From a virus (Duplodnaviria > Caudoviricetes): DNA of 64,000 bases. Under the pieces are notes generated by a model. The model saw only the letters and a list, made by a program, of their open reading frames with translations, did no database searches and was not told the DNA's origin. Each line of letters begins with the position of its first letter. The first letter of the stretch is position 1. The stretch is taken from the IMG/VR virus record IMGVR_UViG_3300031134_000001, positions 96,001 through 160,000 of that record. One strand, given 5' to 3'. A program made the position numbers and the translations under genes. Positions 57,824-64,000 of this stretch are shown piece by piece.

Positions 57824-58927
57824 ATGCTCGACCGTACCGTTAGTAACCGCATTGCGATGCTGCGCCCACTTTTGATCATCGCCATGGTGTTCTCTCACAT
57901 GCAGAGTACATCGATCAACATGTCGGACATCGATCCTGGCTTTTTCAATCACGTCGGCGCATTCTTCATCCACGGCATTGCGCGTGGTACGGTGCCTACC
58001 ATGTCAATGATTGCTGGCTTCCTACTCTTTAGCATGAGCCTTGATTTACAGTTTACCAAGATGGTCAAGAAAAAGATGACTACACTGGTCATTCCTTTCA
58101 TCGCTTTCAATCTCGCCTACGTCGCCTATGTGGTCGTATGCGACATTGTGTTCAAAGAAAACCGTCTAGGCGACTTGGCTACTTTGGCAGCAAGCATCGG
58201 TTGGTTTGATGTCTTGTTTGGTTTTGGTCAATACCCAGTTAACGCACCGTTGTACTTTGTGCGTGACCTGATTGTCTTTAGCCTGATGGCCCCGCTTTTG
58301 GGCGGCATCATGCGTACTCTCCCAGTCTTGGGTCTGGCTGGCTTGATCGTGATCTTCGGTTTCAATCACGACGGCAATCTGGTGTTTCGTAGTTCCAGCC
58401 TCATCCTGTTCTATATCGGCGGGATGGCAGCAGTCTACAAATGGGACCTCCTGGCAATGGACAAGTATGCTAAACCATGCGCTGTGATTTTCCTGCTCTT
58501 GTGCCTGGCGTTGATGGCGTTTAAGATGGCCGACAACACGATCCTCGTGATGGCTGCGCCCTTCTTGATCTGGCCAGCAGCATCGCTCTTGAGCAAAACC
58601 CGTATCGAAGCCTGGGGTCTGAAACATGCTAAGTACAGCTTCTTCATCTTTGCGGCGCACATGCCGTTGATGGAACTGACCTGGCTGGCTGTGACGGGTC
58701 CACTCAAGTTTGTGCCATACATCGTTTACTGGGCTATCACCCCGTTTGCAGTGTCGGCATTCTTGATGGTCGTCTACAACGTGAGCATGCGTGTTGCGCC
58801 TACGGCGTTTAACATCATGGTCGGCGCACGTCCTGCGAAACCGAAGTATGCAGATCGTCGCAAAACCGCGCGTCCTGTCAACGCTCCTGTCTACTCGGCA
58901 GAAGAGCGCATGACACTCGCGCATTAA
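57824..58927 (+). CDS. Membrane acyltransferase, Acyl_transf_3 family, ExoH-like
   Basis: Many hydrophobic helices. SNRIAMLRPLLIIAMVFSH, VPTMSMIAGFLLF, LVIPFIAFNL, PVNAPLYFVRDL and SFFIFAAH follow the ExoH/OafA pattern. Confidence 0.8.
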   Translation: MLDRTVSNRIAMLRPLLIIAMVFSHMQSTSINMSDIDPGFFNHVGAFFIHGIARGTVPTMSMIAGFLLFSMSLDLQFTKMVKKKMTTLVIPFIAFNLAYVAYVVVCDIVFKENRLGDLATLAASIGWFDVLFGFGQYPVNAPLYFVRDLIVFSLMAPLLGGIMRTLPVLGLAGLIVIFGFNHDGNLVFRSSSLILFYIGGMAAVYKWDLLAMDKYAKPCAVIFLLLCLALMAFKMADNTILVMAAPFLIWPAASLLSKTRIEAWGLKHAKYSFFIFAAHMPLMELTWLAVTGPLKFVPYIVYWAITPFAVSAFLMVVYNVSMRVAPTAFNIMVGARPAKPKYADRRKTARPVNAPVYSAEERMTLAH

Positions 58928-58966
58928 TTAATCCATCCTTATAACCAACAACATAAAGGAACTATC

Positions 58967-59569
58967 ATGAGCAGTATTACTTACAGTGTCAACAACGAAC
59001 TTTACGCCGCCCAACACTTGATTCTCGGATGGACGATCTGGGCTGACGGCGGGCGTCCATGTCCGGTGAGTCATTTGTATTCCCACTACGAACTTTACGG
59101 CATCAAGCAAATGCGTGATTTGTTTTCTGGACCGACTTATCCACAAGGCCTGCGTGATGCGTTCGATGCAGTAATCGCATTGGCCGAAGCCAAGGAGCGG
59201 CGAGCGGCGAGCGAACTGGCAGATCGCTACGAGGCGGCTGAAGCCTGTGCTGAAGCCATGGTCGACAAGCAGATTCGAGAACTGCGTGACCAACTCAAAA
59301 CTTGTCAAGAGCTTAACCAGCAGGCTCTGACGCAAATTGCGATCATGTGGGTTAGCGCTCGAATGGCAGAAACTACGTCCGTACCTGAGATTCAGCGCCT
59401 GATCCGTCTGAAGTCATTTATCATGGACCGGGTGTTTCAGTTTAGCTGGCGTGATTATGGATTGCATGGCAAGTTTCTTGCAAGCACAGATTGCCGTGTT
59501 TGTGTGAAAAAGCCAGCCACAGAAGAACTCGCGGAATTGATTCTTGGGATCATCCCGTTTGAGCGGTAA
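58967..59569 (+). CDS. Hypothetical protein with central coiled coil
   Basis: 200 aa, SD AAAGGA. Confidence 0.65.
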   Translation: MSSITYSVNNELYAAQHLILGWTIWADGGRPCPVSHLYSHYELYGIKQMRDLFSGPTYPQGLRDAFDAVIALAEAKERRAASELADRYEAAEACAEAMVDKQIRELRDQLKTCQELNQQALTQIAIMWVSARMAETTSVPEIQRLIRLKSFIMDRVFQFSWRDYGLHGKFLASTDCRVCVKKPATEELAELILGIIPFER

Positions 59570-59572
59570 TAC

Positions 59573-59601
59573 AAGAGAGACCTTCGGGTCTCTTTTTTTT
59601 T
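59573..59601 (+). terminator. Intrinsic terminator
   Basis: AGAGACC-TTCG-GGTCTCT plus a long T-run. Confidence 0.85.
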
Positions 59602-59631
59602 GTTTGTTTCTGTGAGAGTAAGTAAGGAGTG

Positions 59632-59656
59632 AGCTATTAGCTTAAAGCTAATAGCT
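59632..59656. promoter_or_regulatory. Perfect 12+1+12 inverted repeat
   Basis: AGCTATTAGCTT-A-AAGCTAATAGCT in a ~260-nt non-coding gap. Confidence 0.4.
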
Positions 59657-59786
59657 AGGTATAGAGGTGAAAGTTGCCTAGGGGATGGAGGGTTGTGGAG
59701 GGGGTAGCAAGCGATTAACCACCTGCCTTGTGGGCAAGTAGGAGTTAATTTGGCTCAACTGTTAATGGTTCTAAATAGAAATAAAC

Positions 59787-59796
59787 CTATATCACT
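59787..59796 (+). promoter_or_regulatory. Candidate early promoter CTATATCACT
   Basis: Identical to 4460-4469; AT-rich context upstream of the small-gene cluster. Confidence 0.55.
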
Positions 59797-59831
59797 TCTG
59801 TGTATTCTTTAATGGAATGAAAGGAATCTAA

Positions 59832-60221
59832 ATGATGACAAAAACTAACGGTGGAGTATGGGTTCCTCCCAGCTCGTTGTTCAAACTACCTCCTGAATTA
59901 CGAGCTCGCGCAGAAGCCCTTCTTGCTAAGCCAATGGATGCGACGGCTTACGCAGAGTCAGAAGCTTTGGGTATCGATCTTCAGAATTTCTTTCATCCTC
60001 ATGTTCCATATCTCGGTCAGATGGAAAGCGATGATGGGTTGTTGATGGATCGCATCGTCGCTGCGCGTGACAAGTATGTGGCCGATGCAGATAATCAAAA
60101 GCTGTATTTCGAGAAGCTTCAAGCGGGTATGGCCATGGCTCTCGAAGCTGCCCATTTCTTGGGAGGTCATTTACAGATTTCCTATCAACCCAAGAAAAAC
60201 GTGGAACCCAAGGAGCCGTGA
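59832..60221 (+). CDS. Hypothetical early-type protein
   Basis: 129 aa, SD AAAGGA. Confidence 0.7.
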   Translation: MMTKTNGGVWVPPSSLFKLPPELRARAEALLAKPMDATAYAESEALGIDLQNFFHPHVPYLGQMESDDGLLMDRIVAARDKYVADADNQKLYFEKLQAGMAMALEAAHFLGGHLQISYQPKKNVEPKEP

Positions 60222-60222
60222 C

Positions 60223-60402
60223 GTGGCCACCATTGAAACTCAGAAGTATGCGGATCTTGATCGATTGAGGTCCCAACTCAATGGTACAGTAGCGGCCATT
60301 GATCACCGTGAAGTTGATCTGGAACTGCTGAACTCGGCAATCAAATTGTCAGAGAAACTTACCAGCCTGTTGCAAGGTATCAAAACCGAGATCACTCAAT
60401 GA
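60223..60402 (+). CDS. Small helical hypothetical protein (59 aa)
   Basis: GTG at 60223 with AGGAG at 60211; C-terminal part of track ORF 60067-60402. Confidence 0.55.
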   Translation: MATIETQKYADLDRLRSQLNGTVAAIDHREVDLELLNSAIKLSEKLTSLLQGIKTEITQ

Positions 60403-60414
60403 AGGAGCCGTAAC

Positions 60415-60957
60415 ATGGTCATGCTAAGAAAGCACATTGATCGCAATCTCCAGATGTTTAAAGACTATCTGGAAACGGGCGATCTCGCAGCAGTGGGACT
60501 AAAGCATGGCTTGCAGGAGCGTTCTGCCTACAGCACCGTCGGCACTGTGCGCATGCATATCCTGCGGATGCTCGATCGTTACCAGATGCCTTTGCCCAAG
60601 AACCGCAAGCGTGTCGACGTCAAGAATGAAAAGGCTTATTGGCTTGATATGCTGCAAACGTATCACGTCTACTTGACTGAGTACTACGAAGTCAATATGA
60701 GTAGTCTGGTGGGCAAGATCGGGATCAACGGGATGGCGGTTGAAAAGCTCAATCGTTTGGAGATCTACACGGTCAGCGATTTACTTGGTGCGATGCAAAC
60801 GGATAAGCCAGTCTTGGCTAAGACATTCAAGTATATCTATCCAAGCATCAAAGACATCGAAAAGCGTCTGCAGAAACTGGGTCTTGATCCGTATGGTGGT
60901 CGTGAACAAACCATCAAACAACCGGAACAAATACTCACAGCTACAGTTCCGCTTTAA
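60415..60957 (+). CDS. Putative HTH plus RNAP alpha-CTD-like (helix-hairpin-helix) protein
   Basis: N-terminal RNLQMF...AAVGLKHGLQERSAYSTV is HTH-like. C-terminal IGINGMAVEKLNRLEIYTVSDLL...SIKDIEKRLQKLGL follows the alpha-CTD pattern. Confidence 0.5.
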   Translation: MVMLRKHIDRNLQMFKDYLETGDLAAVGLKHGLQERSAYSTVGTVRMHILRMLDRYQMPLPKNRKRVDVKNEKAYWLDMLQTYHVYLTEYYEVNMSSLVGKIGINGMAVEKLNRLEIYTVSDLLGAMQTDKPVLAKTFKYIYPSIKDIEKRLQKLGLDPYGGREQTIKQPEQILTATVPL

Positions 60958-61018
60958 AAATACCGTAAACACATTCTTTATGGCGTAGTACCCCGATAAC
61001 CAATAACTAAATAACGTT

Positions 61019-61381
61019 ATGAAGAACCTTACACCTAGCGTCATTGTTCTGATACGTCAAGATGGGTCGAGAGCTTATTTGCCCGCCAGTGCTACTTGCC
61101 CCACAATTGAGGAAGTACCGGCCGAAGCACTTGGTCGTTTGGGTGAGTTGGAGATCATCCGCCAGTCGTATAAGCGTGTACATTTTCATGGGTTGACTGA
61201 CGACCGTGAAAAGTTGCCGTTCATTGTCAGTCGAGAAGTCTTCGATGCATTACCTGATGACGCTACCGACTTCGTTATGTGCGATGTCGAGACCGCTATC
61301 GTGAATGGTTTGGGCTTGCCTCATGTCATTCGTCGTTTCATTGCAAAACCCGCAGCACAAATCCCCTTTAAAGCAGTCTAA
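61019..61381 (+). CDS. Small conserved phage-type hypothetical protein (NLTP...IVS..V..A motif family)
   Basis: 120 aa; MKNLTPSVIVL and FIVSREVFDALP. Confidence 0.6.
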   Translation: MKNLTPSVIVLIRQDGSRAYLPASATCPTIEEVPAEALGRLGELEIIRQSYKRVHFHGLTDDREKLPFIVSREVFDALPDDATDFVMCDVETAIVNGLGLPHVIRRFIAKPAAQIPFKAV

Positions 61382-61408
61382 CAATTAACAACATTCAAGG
61401 ATACTATC

Positions 61409-61837
61409 ATGTTCGGATTCGGTAACAAAGACAAAAAAGCAGACAACTCGGTCACCATCAAATTCTCGCTGATGGCCCCAGTGCTGTTCCACAAAGACTG
61501 CAACGGTCTTCCTGAGCACGGCAAGCTGTGCGCTGAACACGCGACCCTGAACGTCAGCAAGAGCGACGGCGTGCGCTTCCACTTCGAAGGCATCGAACCA
61601 CCGCAGATGACGGCTGAAGTTCTGGCCTACATCACCGACCAAGCTGAGCGCCAAGGTTACATCGTGCATTACCTGCACAGCTACGTGAACGTGCTGAACC
61701 AACTGCCAGCACCGGTTCTGCGTCCACGTTCGGCAACCCCGGCACCAGTGCTGCACGCCTCGCCCAACACTTCCGCACGCGGTCACAACCGCAGCCTGCG
61801 TAAGCCAGCTGAACCCACGCAAGCGGCAGCAGCGTAA
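61409..61837 (+). CDS. Hypothetical protein with P/A/R-rich tail
   Basis: 142 aa, SD AAGGA, strong codon bias suggesting high expression. Confidence 0.7.
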   Translation: MFGFGNKDKKADNSVTIKFSLMAPVLFHKDCNGLPEHGKLCAEHATLNVSKSDGVRFHFEGIEPPQMTAEVLAYITDQAERQGYIVHYLHSYVNVLNQLPAPVLRPRSATPAPVLHASPNTSARGHNRSLRKPAEPTQAAAA

Positions 61838-61862
61838 TCGGCCGGAGAAGTAAGGTCATACT

Positions 61863-61915
61863 AGCCCTCCTCCACTCAACGAGTGGGGGAGTTGGCTTAC
61901 TCTATTTATTTTTTT
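61863..61915 (+). terminator. Intrinsic terminator
   Basis: AGCC..CTCCTCCACTC / GAGTGGGGGAG..GGCT stem plus a T-rich run. Confidence 0.55.
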
Positions 61916-61928
61916 GGATTGTTGAATT

Positions 61929-62147
61929 ATGACAACGAAAACCTATCTGGTTAAAAAGTGCAAAGAAGACGGATCAACACCCATGGGGGAATGCCCGGAA
62001 GTTGAAATCGAAGCGCCTACACTGCCGTGGCACAACGACTACCAAAGCTTGTTGGCCGAGTTTTACAAGCGTTACCCAGAATGGTTAATTGTCAGCTGGG
62101 GACACAAAGCAGAAATCTTGGCGCATCGCGCCGCTCACAATAACTAA
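61929..62147 (+). CDS. Small hypothetical protein
   Basis: 72-aa ORF in the co-directional cluster. Confidence 0.55.
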   Translation: MTTKTYLVKKCKEDGSTPMGECPEVEIEAPTLPWHNDYQSLLAEFYKRYPEWLIVSWGHKAEILAHRAAHNN

Positions 62148-62159
62148 CACGAAGAAATC

Positions 62160-62795
62160 ATGTCCACGATCAAAGGTAAGTTCTTGACACTCGAAGGCGT
62201 TGACGCCAGTGGGAAGTCCACCAACATTCAACCGTTGGCGGAACATTTGCGCTCCCGCGGTTATAAGGTTCACGTGACGCGTGAGCCAGGTGGCAGTCCA
62301 GCTGCGGAAGCGATTCGCGGTGTCTTACTCAACAAGGATCTGGAAATGTCGGATGCGACTGAGCTTTTGCTCTTTCTCGCGGCGCGGCGTGACCACGTTG
62401 AGAAAGTCATCAAGCCCTATCTCGAAAAGGGTTACGTCGTGATCTCCGATCGCTTCAGTGATACGATGTACGCTTACCAAGGACATGCTCGTGGTCTGAG
62501 CGAAATGATGTTGTCGTTAGAGCAGACACTCGGCGGGGAGATCGAACCTGACTATACGCTGTTCTTCGATATCCCCTTCGAAGAAAGCTGCCGGCGCTTA
62601 GCAGCCCGTACTGAAAAGCAAGATCGCATGGACTTACAAGCCAGCGACTTCCGCCGTCGTTGTTTTGACGGTTACCAAATCCGCTTCAAAGAAAACCAAC
62701 ACCGCATGCACCGGATCGATGCTCTACCTAACTCCAAGGTCGTGAAAGAGAAAGTGCTCGCCTGGGCTAACACAGTGTTTGAAAACCTGAACTAA
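62160..62795 (+). CDS. tmk: Thymidylate (dTMP) kinase
   Basis: P-loop EGVDASGKST, TREPGG, ISDRFSDTMYAYQG, PDYTLFFD. Confidence 0.95.
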   Translation: MSTIKGKFLTLEGVDASGKSTNIQPLAEHLRSRGYKVHVTREPGGSPAAEAIRGVLLNKDLEMSDATELLLFLAARRDHVEKVIKPYLEKGYVVISDRFSDTMYAYQGHARGLSEMMLSLEQTLGGEIEPDYTLFFDIPFEESCRRLAARTEKQDRMDLQASDFRRRCFDGYQIRFKENQHRMHRIDALPNSKVVKEKVLAWANTVFENLN

Positions 62796-62798
62796 GTC

Positions 62799-63044
62799 AT
62801 GGTCAAACACAAAGGGCTGAGCATTCGTGTCGGTACCAAGACATTCCATGATGTCGGTAAGATGAACCGCAGTGGCCTATGGACCGTACAAGACGCCATA
62901 GAACGCGAGCAGTCCAACGTCAGTCATGCATTGCAAGGCAACGTCTCAGCGGCAACAACCGTGCAGCTGCACAACAAAATGCGAAGTCTGGAAAAGCGTG
63001 CTGAACGTGTGCGTCAACTGATTCGTTGTTTACATAACCAATAA
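62799..63044 (+). CDS. Small coiled-coil protein, paralog of 63053-63364
   Basis: Shares the IxxGxxxFxDVxKM...LxTVxxA(I/L)xxE motif. Confidence 0.65.
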   Translation: MVKHKGLSIRVGTKTFHDVGKMNRSGLWTVQDAIEREQSNVSHALQGNVSAATTVQLHNKMRSLEKRAERVRQLIRCLHNQ

Positions 63045-63052
63045 AGAAAAGT

Positions 63053-63364
63053 ATGCCAAATATCAAAGCAGGTGGCCGTGTCTTCCGTGATGTGCAAAAG
63101 ATGGACATGGAACAACTTCAAACGGTGCGCATTGCGCTCGTGAAAGAGATGCAGAAGCTGGTAGCGTCGGCGCAACGACAAAAGCTGGCGGAGAATCCTT
63201 CGCGCGCTGCCAGGGGCTTGATGTCACAGATGGATAGCACGATGCAGCAACTGGAGCACCGCCTCAAGATGGTTGATGGCTTTGCCAAACAAACCATCAA
63301 GAAAGCCATCCCGGAAGTGCCCAAGCATTACCTCGACAAACAGGAAGGTGCAGCCGATGAATAA
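63053..63364 (+). CDS. Small coiled-coil protein, paralog of 62799-63044
   Basis: Same N-terminal motif. Confidence 0.65.
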   Translation: MPNIKAGGRVFRDVQKMDMEQLQTVRIALVKEMQKLVASAQRQKLAENPSRAARGLMSQMDSTMQQLEHRLKMVDGFAKQTIKKAIPEVPKHYLDKQEGAADE

Positions 63365-63830
63365 GTCAGACACCGAACCGCTGCGTCCGATCACTGAAGT
63401 TATCGGACAGCCAAACAAGTATCATCCGTTTATCGACGTCGATGGTAACGGCTCGATCATCATCACGGCGCTCAAGCTTATTCCGCAAAACGAGAAGAGC
63501 TTGATCTTTACGAACATCTCGGGCATGTTCAACGACAAAGGTTTCGCTGAGCCGGATGACGCTAGCGTCATTACGTACGACTTCAATGAAGCGAAGATCT
63601 TCGTGGGTAACTTGGCTGGTTACGCTGATATGGCGATCAACGACATCGAACGTCTGTACCGGAACGAGATCGATTCGCTGGGCCTGCGTAATCTGCCTAA
63701 CCTCACGTACGATGATTTGTCAGATGAACCGATTGACTACAACGTCGCGGCGATTCAATGGCAGCGCAGTGACTTTGACAAGATCATCGCGTACATCACG
63801 TTGACGTACAAAAACAATGTCAGCCATTGA
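63357..63830 (+). CDS. Acidic hypothetical protein
   Basis: ATG at 63357 after GGAAGG; overlaps the previous stop. Confidence 0.65.
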   Translation: MNKSDTEPLRPITEVIGQPNKYHPFIDVDGNGSIIITALKLIPQNEKSLIFTNISGMFNDKGFAEPDDASVITYDFNEAKIFVGNLAGYADMAINDIERLYRNEIDSLGLRNLPNLTYDDLSDEPIDYNVAAIQWQRSDFDKIIAYITLTYKNNVSH

Positions 63831-64000
63831 AAAGCGATACACCGGGAAAAAGCGCGAAGTGCAAGGTTGGTTTTCTACGCATACGGAATATCAGTGCGTT
63901 CTAACTGACCTTAGTACTAGCGCGACGCGCATTTTCTGGGAACGGGCCCATCGCGGCAATACGCTGCCATGGATCATAAGCACCTTTCGACGAAATAAAG
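63817..64000 (+). CDS. Hypothetical protein, runs off the window edge
   Basis: ATG at 63817 overlapping the previous gene; no stop to 64000. Confidence 0.35.
   Translation, partial: MSAIEKRYTGKKREVQGWFSTHTEYQCVLTDLSTSATRIFWERAHRGNTLPWIISTFRRNK

Noticed and set aside
57651-57824. Host assignment from the acyltransferase and tail modules
   Set aside because: They look like proteobacterial-type genes, but I cannot place them without a database search.
59678-59705. Possible G-quadruplex (GGGGATGGAGGGTTGTGGAGGGGG)
   Set aside because: Only three tracts of three or more G, so at best a weak two-tier structure. Noted only as part of the gap's purine skew.
1-64000. Stop-codon reassignment as an explanation for the in-frame tail genes
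   Set aside because: Conserved genes translate full length in the standard code, all three stops are used at true gene ends, and no suppressor tRNA was seen.
1-64000. tRNA, rRNA, integrase or transposase genes
   Set aside because: No cloverleaf-sized candidate was seen in the short intergenic gaps, and no recombinase or transposase motif in any ORF.

Overview
The window is a 64-kb slice of a large phage genome. Its gene order and motifs match the phiKZ-like nucleus-forming jumbo phages (Chimalliviridae); phiKZ gene numbers below are assigned from motifs plus synteny, not from a database search. 1-18.8 kb is the conserved transcription/replication core: a gp68-like subunit fragment, a PicA/Imp1 (gp69)-like nuclear import factor, split non-virion RNA polymerase beta-C and beta-prime-C subunits, an SF2 helicase, a macrodomain, a virion RNAP beta-prime-C subunit and the exonuclease half of a split family-B DNA polymerase. 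18.9-37.3 kb holds head inner-body and baseplate genes. 37.4-57.7 kb is a large modular tail-fibre/receptor-binding cluster. It is followed by an ExoH-like membrane acyltransferase and a run of small, more AT-rich early-type genes around a thymidylate kinase. No tRNA, CRISPR array, intron, intein, integrase or transposase was seen. The most notable candidates are: (i) a probable -1 programmed frameshift (U UUU UUC) fusing a G/GT-like chaperone pair at 13078-11061; (ii) a dispersed family of hairpins flanked by ACGGCATA...TATGCCGT at gene ends; (iii) a mirror-symmetric repeat fibre protein; (iv) five consecutive tail genes in one reading frame; (v) a polysaccharide-binding arsenal next to a surface-polysaccharide acyltransferase.
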